A model generated the notes under the pieces. That model was not told where the DNA came from. It ran no database searches and saw only the letters and a list, made by a program, of their open reading frames with translations. From sequence record MW286157.1: 64,000 bases of DNA, one strand, 5' to 3'. The stretch comes from Escherichia phage vB_EcoM-BECP11. Below, in pieces: positions 38,628-51,211 of this stretch. Each line of letters opens with the position of its first letter. Position 1 is the first letter of the stretch. The position numbers were made by a program, and so were the translations under genes.

Positions 38628-38655
38628 TACCCTATCAACTACGGAGGAACAGAAA

Positions 38656-38769
38656 ATGAAAAAGATTGTTAAAGCTATATGGAATGTAGTTATAATACTA
38701 ATAGTTTTGAGTATATTCCCAATCGTTTTAATGATTGATGTATTAAACGCTTACTTTGGATTTATGTGA
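38656..38769 (+). CDS. 37 aa hydrophobic micro-protein
   Basis: SD ggaggaac then ATG 38656. Confidence 0.35.
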   Translation: MKKIVKAIWNVVIILIVLSIFPIVLMIDVLNAYFGFM

Positions 38770-38776
38770 GGAAAAT

Positions 38777-38974
38777 ATGAAGCGTAAACGCAGTGCTTTT
38801 ACATTTATTGAATGGTTTTTCGATAATATTTTTCCGGCTTTATTCATTTTTATGCTGATTTTTGCCTTAGGTTCAGTTGTAGTTGGAATCTATTTGATGA
38901 CAGTAGTCGGAATTGATATTCATCAAAATGGTTTAAAATCTGTGGTTGAAACAATTTGGAATGGTGTAAAATGA
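38777..38974 (+). CDS. 65 aa membrane protein
   Basis: SD gtgaggaaaat then ATG 38777; two hydrophobic segments. Confidence 0.4.
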   Translation: MKRKRSAFTFIEWFFDNIFPALFIFMLIFALGSVVVGIYLMTVVGIDIHQNGLKSVVETIWNGVK

Positions 38975-39081
38975 TGAATTTGTTGAGCGGTTGGTTTTAT
39001 ATTCTTATGTTTTACATTGGTGCAAATTTTCCATATTGGATGGGATGGTCAACAACTGCATTCGGATTTTATACTCCTTGA
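38971..39081 (+). CDS. 36 aa hydrophobic micro-protein
   Basis: ATGA coupling to upstream ORF. Confidence 0.3.
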   Translation: MMNLLSGWFYILMFYIGANFPYWMGWSTTAFGFYTP

Positions 39082-39089
39082 GGTGAATT

Positions 39090-39305
39090 ATGAAAAGTTT
39101 TAAAGATGTAAAAGTTGGTGAAATTTTCTGTTTAGATAACGGTGATCAGTTAATTCGTATTTCACCTCTTAAGAGCACTAGCGAGAAACTGACAGTTAAT
39201 GCTACTTTAGCAAATAACAGTAATGAACGTTTCTGTATTGAAAATGATACTGAAACTTATACTGTAGAAGAGTTTTGGGAATTGAGCGTCGACTGCGACG
39301 ATTAA
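39090..39305 (+). CDS. hypothetical protein, 71 aa
   Basis: SD gaggtga then ATG. Confidence 0.4.
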   Translation: MKSFKDVKVGEIFCLDNGDQLIRISPLKSTSEKLTVNATLANNSNERFCIENDTETYTVEEFWELSVDCDD

Positions 39306-39364
39306 TTTAATGGCCGCGTATTCATGCGGCCTTGGAGTAGAAAATAATTTTAGAGGAAATTAAT

Positions 39365-39823
39365 ATGAAATATATGACTGTTACTGATCTGAATAATGCG
39401 GGCGCTACTGTTATTGGTACAATCAAGGGTGGTGAGTGGTTTTTGGGAGTTCCACATAAAGACTTTTTATCTAAACCTGGATTTTACTTTTTAGTGAGTA
39501 AATTAGATGGTCGTCCATTTAGTAATCCATGTGTGTCTGCACGATTTTATGTAGGTAATCAGCGTTCTAAGCAAGGATTCAGCGCGGTTCTAAGTCATAT
39601 TCGTCAACGTCGGTCTCAGCTTGCACGTACTATTGCAAATAACAATGTTCCATACACAGTGTTTTATCTGCCTGCTTCTAAGATGAAACCTCTGACGACG
39701 GGATTTGGAAAAGGACAGTTAGCTTTAGCGTTTACTCGTAATCATCATTCTGAGTATCAAACACTTGAAGAAATGAACCGTATGTTGGCTGATAACTTTA
39801 AATTCGTTTTGCAGGCATATTAA
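39365..39823 (+). CDS. ndd: nucleoid disruption protein Ndd
   Basis: 152 aa; [33 protein letters not shown] matches recalled T4 Ndd. Confidence 0.85.
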   Translation: MKYMTVTDLNNAGATVIGTIKGGEWFLGVPHKDFLSKPGFYFLVSKLDGRPFSNPCVSARFYVGNQRSKQGFSAVLSHIRQRRSQLARTIANNNVPYTVFYLPASKMKPLTTGFGKGQLALAFTRNHHSEYQTLEEMNRMLADNFKFVLQAY

Positions 39824-39910
39824 TGAGTAATTTCCATAACGAACATGTGATGCAGTTCTATCGTAATAATTTTAAAACTAAAGGCGTCTTCGGACGCCAG
39901 TGAGGAAAAT

Positions 39911-40063
39911 ATGAAATTTGTTTATGGTATAGCCTTTTTCTGCTGGTCCTTTTTATTCGCCGGAACAGTAATAACTGGAGAAACTTCAGTATTTTTACAA
40001 GCAACAGCTCAAGGCGTATTAGCAATTTTATCATTGTTTTGGCTATTAAATGAAAATGATTAA
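39911..40063 (+). CDS. 50 aa membrane peptide
   Basis: SD tgaggaaaat then ATG 39911. Confidence 0.4.
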   Translation: MKFVYGIAFFCWSFLFAGTVITGETSVFLQATAQGVLAILSLFWLLNEND

Positions 40064-40196
40064 GAAAATCTTGGGCTATTCATTAGCCCTTGCTACTTTA
40101 TTAGTAGCACTATATTATGGAGTAATGTTCGGATTAATTCAAGTCGTGCTTTTCATTTCTGATGTTATTATGGCACTACATTCACTAGTATGGTAA
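40056..40196 (+). CDS. 46 aa membrane peptide
   Basis: overlapping start; hydrophobic. Confidence 0.3.
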   Translation: MIKKILGYSLALATLLVALYYGVMFGLIQVVLFISDVIMALHSLVW

Positions 40197-40200
40197 ATTT

Positions 40201-41529
40201 ATGCAACTGAATAATCGCGATTTAAAAAGTATCATTGATAATGAAGCATTGGCTTATGCTATGTACACGGTTGAAAATCGTGCCATTCCAAATATGATTG
40301 ACGGATTTAAGCCAGTTCAACGATTTGTTATTGCTCGAGCTCTTGATTTGGCACGAGGAAATAAAGATAAGTTTCACAAACTCGCTTCTATTGCAGGTGG
40401 TGTAGCGGACCTTGGATATCACCATGGCGAAAACTCTGCACAAGACGCAGGTGCTTTGATGGCTAACACTTGGAATAATAACTTTCCTCTGTTAGATGGT
40501 CAAGGAAACTTTGGTTCTCGTACCGTCCAAAAAGCAGCAGCAAGTCGTTATATTTTTGCTCGTGTAAGTAAAAATTTCTATAACGTATATAAAGATACTG
40601 AATATGCTCCGGTACATCAAGATAAAGAACACATTCCGCCTGCTTTCTATTTGCCTATTATTCCTACTGTTCTTCTTAATGGTGTTTCCGGTATTGCAAC
40701 TGGTTATGCAACTTACATTCTTCCTCATAGTGTTTCTTCTGTTAAGAAAGCTGTATTACAAGCTCTTCAAGGAAAGAAAGTAACTAAACCGAAGGTAGAA
40801 TTCCCAGAATTTCGTGGTGAAGTCGTTGAGATTGATGGCCAATATGAAATTCGTGGAACATATAAGTTTACTTCACGAACTCAAATGCATATCACTGAGA
40901 TTCCGTATAAGTATGATCGTGAAACTTATGTGAGTAAAATCTTAGACCCACTTGAAGATAAAGGCTTCATTACATGGGATGATGCTTGTGGTGAGCATGG
41001 TTTTGGATTCAAAGTTAAATTCCGTAAAGAATATTCTTTGAGCGATAACGAAGAAGAACGCCATGCAAAAATTATGAAAGACTTCGGGTTGATTGAGCGT
41101 CGTTCTCAGAATATTACGGTTATTAATGAGAAAGGAAAACTACAAGTTTACGATAACGTAGTTGATTTAATTAAAGACTTTGTTGAAGTTCGTAAAACTT
41201 ATGTCCAAAAACGAATTGATAACAAAATCAAAGAAACTGAGTCAGCTTTTCGTTTAGCCTTTGCCAAGGCACATTTCATTAAGAAAGTAATTTCAGGTGA
41301 AATCGTTGTGCAGGGTAAAACTCGCAAAGAACTGACCGAAGAACTTTCGAAAATCGATATGTATTCTTCTTATGTTGATAAACTAGTTGGAATGAATATT
41401 TTTCATATGACTTCCGACGAAGCAAAGAAACTTGCTGAAGAAGCTAAAGCTAAGAAAGAAGAAAACGAATATTGGAAAACTACTAATGTAGTTACCGAAT
41501 ACACTAAAGATTTAGAGGAAATCAAATGA
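40201..41529 (+). CDS. 52: topoisomerase II medium subunit gp52 (GyrA-like)
   Basis: 442 aa; size and position equal T4 gp52. Confidence 0.9.
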   Translation: MQLNNRDLKSIIDNEALAYAMYTVENRAIPNMIDGFKPVQRFVIARALDLARGNKDKFHKLASIAGGVADLGYHHGENSAQDAGALMANTWNNNFPLLDGQGNFGSRTVQKAAASRYIFARVSKNFYNVYKDTEYAPVHQDKEHIPPAFYLPIIPTVLLNGVSGIATGYATYILPHSVSSVKKAVLQALQGKKVTKPKVEFPEFRGEVVEIDGQYEIRGTYKFTSRTQMHITEIPYKYDRETYVSKILDPLEDKGFITWDDACGEHGFGFKVKFRKEYSLSDNEEERHAKIMKDFGLIERRSQNITVINEKGKLQVYDNVVDLIKDFVEVRKTYVQKRIDNKIKETESAFRLAFAKAHFIKKVISGEIVVQGKTRKELTEELSKIDMYSSYVDKLVGMNIFHMTSDEAKKLAEEAKAKKEENEYWKTTNVVTEYTKDLEEIK

Positions 41530-41675
41530 GTCCATTCATAGGTATTACAAGCGCTGCATTAGTATCCGGTAGCATTTTACTGGCGGGTTTAGGTGTTGTT
41601 CCAGCCGTAGCAGGAGGTCTTCTTGCGTTCGGCATTCAACGTGTTATCATGACAGTTATCACAGTCATGCAGTAA
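41526..41675 (+). CDS. 49 aa hydrophobic peptide
   Basis: ATG overlaps gene 52 stop (ATGA); Gly/Ala-rich TM peptide. Confidence 0.35.
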   Translation: MSPFIGITSAALVSGSILLAGLGVVPAVAGGLLAFGIQRVIMTVITVMQ

Positions 41676-41680
41676 TTTTT

Positions 41681-41707
41681 AGGGAGAGCCTCGGCTCTCC
41701 CTTTTTT
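41681..41707 (+). terminator. rho-independent terminator agggagagcc-tc-ggctctccct plus T6
   Basis: strong GC stem followed by tttttt. Confidence 0.75.
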
Positions 41708-41733
41708 ATTTCAAAAATTTTTTTCACAAAACG

Positions 41734-41763
41734 GTTTACAACCAAAGCATACTGTGGTACTAT
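41734..41763 (+). promoter_or_regulatory. early promoter (-35 GTTTAC, -10 TACTAT) with shared leader caactatcaactactgatacag
   Basis: gtttac 41734-41739, tactat 41758-41763; leader identical to 10899-10919. Confidence 0.65.
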
Positions 41764-41804
41764 ACAACTATCAACTACTGATACAGAATTACGGAGATTA
41801 GAAA

Positions 41805-42440
41805 ATGTCTAAAGTAACTTACATCATCAAAGCTTCTAACGATGTTCTGAATGAAAAAACTGCTGCGATTTTAATTACTATTGCTAAGAAAGATTTCATT
41901 ACAGCTGCAGAAGTTCGTGAGGTGCATCCAGATTTAGGTAACGCAGTAGTTAATAGTAATATTGGGGTGTTGATTAAAAAAGGCCTGGTGGAGAAATCTG
42001 GTGATGGATTAATCATTACTGGTGAAGCTCAGGATATTATTTCAAACGCAGCAACTTTATACGCACAGGAAAATGCTCCTGAACTGCTGAAAAAACGAGC
42101 AACTCGTAAAGCTCGCGAAATTACTTCTGATATGGAAGAAGATAAAGACTTCATGTTAAAACTTTTAGATGAAAATGGATTTGTTCTTAAAAAGGTTGAA
42201 ACTTATCGTAGTAACTATCTCGCTATTTTAGAAAAACGTACTCACGGAATTCGTAATTTTGAAATTAACAACAATGGAAATATGCGAATTTTTGGATACA
42301 AAATGATGGAACATCATATTCAGAAATTTACTGATATCGGAATGTCATGTAAAATTGCTAAAAACGGTAATGTGTATCTTGACATTAAACGCTCGGAAGA
42401 AAACATTGAAGCAGTAATCACTGTAGCATCTGAACTGTGA
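41805..42440 (+). CDS. motA: middle transcription activator MotA
   Basis: 211 aa next to gene 52 as in T4. Confidence 0.75.
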   Translation: MSKVTYIIKASNDVLNEKTAAILITIAKKDFITAAEVREVHPDLGNAVVNSNIGVLIKKGLVEKSGDGLIITGEAQDIISNAATLYAQENAPELLKKRATRKAREITSDMEEDKDFMLKLLDENGFVLKKVETYRSNYLAILEKRTHGIRNFEINNNGNMRIFGYKMMEHHIQKFTDIGMSCKIAKNGNVYLDIKRSEENIEAVITVASEL

Positions 42441-42450
42441 GGAATAAATA

Positions 42451-42780
42451 ATGAACAAGTTAGAAATTATCAATGAACTTCGTCGTTGTGCAGAACCTAC
42501 TCAAGAGGGTTGGGATATTTGGTACCATGGAGCTTATCTTGGAACTATTGTAAAGATTAAGACTGGTAAATACATGATTATTCGTGAAAGTAAAGATGCT
42601 CCAGTAGGTATTCGCAATAATTTCATGGCAGCGATAAGTTCCTTTACAGATGCAGCTTACGAAATTTACCTTGCCGATTATAAAGAATTCCAGGAATCTC
42701 AACCAGTTATTCGCTCAATTGGTGTTAACAAAGCTCAACAGAAAACTTTGTGGCAACGTATTAAAGGATGGTTTAAATGA
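42451..42780 (+). CDS. hypothetical protein, 109 aa
   Basis: SD gaggaataaat then ATG. Confidence 0.45.
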   Translation: MNKLEIINELRRCAEPTQEGWDIWYHGAYLGTIVKIKTGKYMIIRESKDAPVGIRNNFMAAISSFTDAAYEIYLADYKEFQESQPVIRSIGVNKAQQKTLWQRIKGWFK

Positions 42781-43238
42781 ACCCATTTATCAATCGTTTA
42801 AAAATGCTGAATGTTCCTTTATCTCGTGAAACTCCAGAAAGTCTTGCTGAAAAATTTAAAGCGCATGGTTATAAATGCACAGAAGAAGATATTCTAAAAG
42901 AAGTTCCTGAAATATGTTGGCAGACTGCGTATTGGGATGAAAACCAAAAGTATCAGCGACGAATTGTCTGTGCAGCCAACCGTTTTAAATTAAAAGATGG
43001 ACGAACTCTTATTATTCCAGGTGCTCGTCATTATTCTAAAGATATGGCAGAAGTTTTAGATGTAGTTAAACCTCAATTAGTTACTCAACAAGTTTGTGAT
43101 GATGACCAAGGGTTTATTGACCAATATAGTAATTATTGGACACGTGAAGAAGCAATGATTATTGCAACTTACGCTGGACAAGTACGTATTGAACGTGGTG
43201 GTAGTGAAAAAGAACTTTACTCTGAGGACCTTTACTAA
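42777..43238 (+). CDS. hypothetical protein, 153 aa
   Basis: ATGA coupling. Confidence 0.45.
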   Translation: MNPFINRLKMLNVPLSRETPESLAEKFKAHGYKCTEEDILKEVPEICWQTAYWDENQKYQRRIVCAANRFKLKDGRTLIIPGARHYSKDMAEVLDVVKPQLVTQQVCDDDQGFIDQYSNYWTREEAMIIATYAGQVRIERGGSEKELYSEDLY

Positions 43239-43534
43239 TGAATATTAAAAAGTTTCAAATCGATGGGATTATGAATCAAATTCAGGCACTGGAATATGCC
43301 AATAAAATGATGTCAACTAATTGGGGAATTTATGCGAATGAGCCAGCATTTAAATTTTGTGATATGGAATTTACCAAAAAGCTTGTAGGAAAAGATTATG
43401 TATGCCCATTTAGTTCTCCGGTAAATGGAATGCTAAAACCTGCTTTACGCGATCTTTATATTGCGATGAACGAAGAAATGATAAAAGAATTAAAACGTCA
43501 ACTGAAGGTGATTCAATTTGGCCAGGGAAATTAA
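43238..43534 (+). CDS. hypothetical protein, 98 aa
   Basis: overlapping start with upstream stop. Confidence 0.45.
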   Translation: MNIKKFQIDGIMNQIQALEYANKMMSTNWGIYANEPAFKFCDMEFTKKLVGKDYVCPFSSPVNGMLKPALRDLYIAMNEEMIKELKRQLKVIQFGQGN

Positions 43535-43736
43535 TTCAAAATCTGATTATTTTAATTCTCTCAATGATAAAGATAAAAATCTAATAAGGCATTTTATTGT
43601 TGAGATGGGATATACTGATACACGTGATTTAAGAGAACATATATTTGAATGCGGTGTAGCTAAAAAGTTTTCATTCACATGCAAATGTTTAAGAGAGGTA
43701 ATTCAGCACTATGAACAATTTAGTCGCAAAACATAA
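43518..43736 (+). CDS. hypothetical protein, up to 72 aa, start uncertain
   Basis: no in-frame ATG near 5' end (TTG at 43518); Cys-containing C-terminus. Confidence 0.3.
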   Translation: MAREINSKSDYFNSLNDKDKNLIRHFIVEMGYTDTRDLREHIFECGVAKKFSFTCKCLREVIQHYEQFSRKT

Positions 43737-43819
43737 TTTTAATAAAGCTTCTGTTCATAAGGATAAGAAGAAAGCGTTTAAAGAATCTAATCGCAAACAG
43801 AAACATAAGGGGAAGGTCT

Positions 43820-44098
43820 ATGATTATTGATTCTCAGTCTGTGGTTCAATACACAATCAAAATTGATATTCTAGAAAAGCTATATAAGTTTCTACCAAAT
43901 TTATACCACTCAATTGTTAATGAATTAGTTGAAGAACTACATCTCGAGAATAATGATTTCTTGATTGGAACTTATAAAGACCTCTCAAAAGCAGGATATT
44001 TTTACGTAATTCCAGCTCCAGGAAAAAGTATTGATGATGTATTAAAAACTATAATGATTTATGTCCATGATTATGAAATTGAAGATTATTTCGAATGA
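43820..44098 (+). CDS. arn: Arn-like anti-restriction protein
   Basis: 92 aa acidic protein immediately upstream of asiA region, same size and position as T4 arn. Confidence 0.55.
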   Translation: MIIDSQSVVQYTIKIDILEKLYKFLPNLYHSIVNELVEELHLENNDFLIGTYKDLSKAGYFYVIPAPGKSIDDVLKTIMIYVHDYEIEDYFE

Positions 44099-44247
44099 GT
44101 CATAATCTTGAAAAAGTAATCGAGCATAATGTAGCTCAGGAACGTGAGTCGTTCAAGGAATTCGTAGAAAAAATTTTTGAAGAAAATAGCACAGACCAGT
44201 TTACAAATCAAACGTCTGATGATATTATAACAAAGTCAACTAATTGA
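44095..44247 (+). CDS. 50 aa acidic protein
   Basis: ATGA coupling to arn-like gene. Confidence 0.35.
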   Translation: MSHNLEKVIEHNVAQERESFKEFVEKIFEENSTDQFTNQTSDDIITKSTN

Positions 44248-44259
44248 GTGGTATAGTTA

Positions 44260-44532
44260 ATGAATAAAAATATTGATACAGTTCGTGAAATTATTACTGT
44301 TGCGTCTATTTTGATTAAATTTTCCAGAGAAGATATTGTTGAGAATCGTGCTAATTTTATTGCATTTCTGAATGAGATTGGAGTAACACATGAAGGTAGA
44401 AAATTAAATCAGAATTCATTCCGTAAAATTGTTTCTGAATTAACTCAAGAAGATAAGAAAACCCTCATCGACGAATTCAACGAGGGTTTTGAGGGTGTAT
44501 ATAGATATTTAGAAATGTATACAAACAAATAA
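44260..44532 (+). CDS. asiA: anti-sigma70 factor AsiA
   Basis: 90 aa; MNKNIDTVREIITVASILIKFSREDIVENRANF matches recalled T4 AsiA. Confidence 0.9.
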   Translation: MNKNIDTVREIITVASILIKFSREDIVENRANFIAFLNEIGVTHEGRKLNQNSFRKIVSELTQEDKKTLIDEFNEGFEGVYRYLEMYTNK

Positions 44533-45189
44533 TTATTTAGCCCTTCCTAATATTCTGGCCGCCTGAGCACATATTGATTCAAGGCGGTCATTACTTATAT
44601 GATCATTTCTATACCAGTACATGGTTATTGTTCCAGCATAGATATTATCCAAATTAAAATATGGACAACTGTACATGTAGTTTATTTCGGGAGTAGGCTT
44701 TTTAGTTGGTAAAAAAGCAAATTTTGAGTTGGAATAATAATGACGTCCATTTAAATGAACTGCATATTCATCCATAGTTTTATCAACAGGATATCCTCCA
44801 AGTGATTTTTCACTTATTGTTGAAGGTAATTTTCCTTCATATGCTATAATATCAACAAAATAGTTTAAGTTTTTAGGGCGGAAAGAATACACCGCACTAA
44901 AGTCTGCCTCAGATGATATGTGAACTATCTGGAGTTGTTCCAGGGCGACAGATTCAAAGCGTGCATTTCTTTCCTTTTCAATAATTTCACTGTATGTTTC
45001 ATACTTTGATTGCTTATAGTACTCAAAGAAACTATCTCCCCTATACCAAACAATCGCCATCATAAACAAAAGAATTACGACAGCTACCCGGGAAGCAAGA
45101 ACTTTCCCGGTAGCGTTATCTTTGAACAAGCGATCTAGAACACCAAATAGAATATCAGAGGGCGAAAATGATATTCTAGGTGCTGCCAT
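44533..45189 (-). CDS. t: holin T
   Basis: 218 aa, N-terminal TM segment then large periplasmic domain; size and position (between asiA and 38) as in T4. Confidence 0.85.
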   Translation of the reverse strand: MAAPRISFSPSDILFGVLDRLFKDNATGKVLASRVAVVILLFMMAIVWYRGDSFFEYYKQSKYETYSEIIEKERNARFESVALEQLQIVHISSEADFSAVYSFRPKNLNYFVDIIAYEGKLPSTISEKSLGGYPVDKTMDEYAVHLNGRHYYSNSKFAFLPTKKPTPEINYMYSCPYFNLDNIYAGTITMYWYRNDHISNDRLESICAQAARILGRAK

Positions 45190-45219
45190 AGACCCTCCTT
45201 TTAAGGATATTTATTCAAA

Positions 45220-49360
<4,141 letters not shown>

Positions 49361-49368
49361 AAGTCCTC

Positions 49369-50025
49369 TTAATAATAGCCGAAATCTTGAACAGAATCCT
49401 TAATTACGATTTGGTCAAATCGCGGAACATGCGAGGGTTGAGATGCAGGATTCTGTGAAAAAAGGTTTGGCGCAGTTAAATTTCCTGTCATAGTGTCTCC
49501 AGAGCGTAATACTCTAGAGTTTACATTTGTTGTAACAATATTTATTGCTCCATCAACATAATCTTTTCTCGTAAGGTCATAATTATTTACTGGTGATAAC
49601 GAAGTTGCGCGTATTTGTGATGCTTCAATTACACCCTTTGAGCTAATATCTCCGTTTCGTGTGTTAATTACTACAGTTCTACCTGCTGCCCCTTGTGATG
49701 ATTTAAAGCCGATACCATACCATGAAACAATATCCATATTTGTAGTATCATATGTGGCATTATCACCAGGACCGGCAAAAATACCGTTGTCACCTGACCC
49801 AGCACCAGGAACAGTCATTCCTTTATTAAAAATTACTTTATTTAAATATGTACCACCATTAGCTTTAGAAACGAAATCGTTATCAGCAGCTTGTGGTTTA
49901 TTATATTCTGAATATATTTTAAATGATTTATAGAGTACATCGTCACCGGCTGGATTCAATGGAAAATTTCCTTGATGCCAAATGACAGAGCCTCCAGTTG
50001 TTGAACCTACTTTTAAATCAGCCAT
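49369..50025 (-). CDS. 36: long tail fibre distal connector gp36
   Basis: 218 aa, position between 35 and 37. Confidence 0.8.
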   Translation of the reverse strand: MADLKVGSTTGGSVIWHQGNFPLNPAGDDVLYKSFKIYSEYNKPQAADNDFVSKANGGTYLNKVIFNKGMTVPGAGSGDNGIFAGPGDNATYDTTNMDIVSWYGIGFKSSQGAAGRTVVINTRNGDISSKGVIEASQIRATSLSPVNNYDLTRKDYVDGAINIVTTNVNSRVLRSGDTMTGNLTAPNLFSQNPASQPSHVPRFDQIVIKDSVQDFGYY

Positions 50026-50048
50026 TGTATGCCCCTTTATTTTAATAG

Positions 50049-50056
50049 TATTTATA
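50049..50056 (-). promoter_or_regulatory. late promoter TATAAATA (minus strand)
   Basis: plus-strand tatttata 24 nt upstream of gene 36 start. Confidence 0.6.
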
Positions 50057-50082
50057 AAGAAAAAGGGAGCCCGAAGGCTCCC
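50057..50082 (-). terminator. minus-strand rho-independent terminator gggagcc-ttcg-ggctccc plus U-tract
   Basis: hairpin 50065-50082 followed on minus strand by tttttctt. Confidence 0.65.
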
Positions 50083-50087
50083 TCAAT

Positions 50088-51203
50088 TTAAACTTCTCTA
50101 AATTCTTGCCCAAACACTTTACCAGTTTTAGACGATGCTTGCGTAGGAAGTACCATTATATCTGGAGGTGAAGCAGATTCGCAGATATAATTAACTCGAA
50201 TACCATTGACGCCAAACTCAGCAGGTTTTGAAATGCCGCCATTTCTTGACACTTCAGAAAAGCTTAAATTTCTCATACCGCCTTGACCCGCTTGTGCAGT
50301 TCTCTGTGCGTATATCGTAAATCCTACTGCATTTTCAGGAACAACTACATAATCTTCTTTTAATTCCCAAGACCCAGCTTGTCCGGTAAACTCAGCTTGT
50401 GTCGAGGAAATATATCCATTTGATGCATTATAAAAACGGATAGATATATTTGTAGTTCCAAGAGCAAGTAAATCAGCATCAGCATATAGTTGTGCTTTAA
50501 GATAAAGAACATCTCCAGGAATTAAATTATAGTCAGAAAGTTTACTTATTGCAGATGCTGTAGGTAGACGTGCAATTTCGTTATTAGTTCCACCAACAGC
50601 TGACATAAATTGCTCAACGCTTTCATATGTTCTTTTAGGAAATCCTGTCGCTCCAACATCTTCTAAACTGTCAAATACTACATCTAATATAGTTTGATAG
50701 TCATCTGTGCTTTTTCTGTTACTCAGTTTAACATGCTCTAGTGCGATAGCTCTTTTAGAAGAAGTGTAAAAGGCAGCATATGATACATCAAATCTTGACA
50801 ATAAAGAATCAGATGGAAAAGCAGATGTTCCTGCCGTTCTTAACCAAGATACTACTTCAGGAGGAAAATTAACCTTTCCGCTAGTTAATATGGCAACAAG
50901 TCTATTGCTTGAAAAAGAATTCATGAAACTAACAAAAGCAGCTGATGTAGTATCATTTGAAGTCGAAAAAACATATGACTTACTATCAACCAATGCTCCC
51001 GTGGAAGGGTCAAAAACTCTTAAATGAAGACCTGCACTAAATGTTTGACTTCCTACAGGATTATCCTGAAATTTAACGTATGGTCCTGCGGTAGAAAGCG
51101 GGCAAGAACCCGCTATACTTATTTTATATCTTACTGAATTGCTTTCCGATAAAAATGGCGTTTGGACATATCCTTGTCCAAACTCTGCCATAAATTTTTC
51201 CAT
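50088..51203 (-). CDS. 35: long tail fibre hinge protein gp35
   Basis: 371 aa, position between 34 and 36. Confidence 0.8.
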   Translation of the reverse strand: MEKFMAEFGQGYVQTPFLSESNSVRYKISIAGSCPLSTAGPYVKFQDNPVGSQTFSAGLHLRVFDPSTGALVDSKSYVFSTSNDTTSAAFVSFMNSFSSNRLVAILTSGKVNFPPEVVSWLRTAGTSAFPSDSLLSRFDVSYAAFYTSSKRAIALEHVKLSNRKSTDDYQTILDVVFDSLEDVGATGFPKRTYESVEQFMSAVGGTNNEIARLPTASAISKLSDYNLIPGDVLYLKAQLYADADLLALGTTNISIRFYNASNGYISSTQAEFTGQAGSWELKEDYVVVPENAVGFTIYAQRTAQAGQGGMRNLSFSEVSRNGGISKPAEFGVNGIRVNYICESASPPDIMVLPTQASSKTGKVFGQEFREV

Positions 51204-51211
51204 AATACCTC

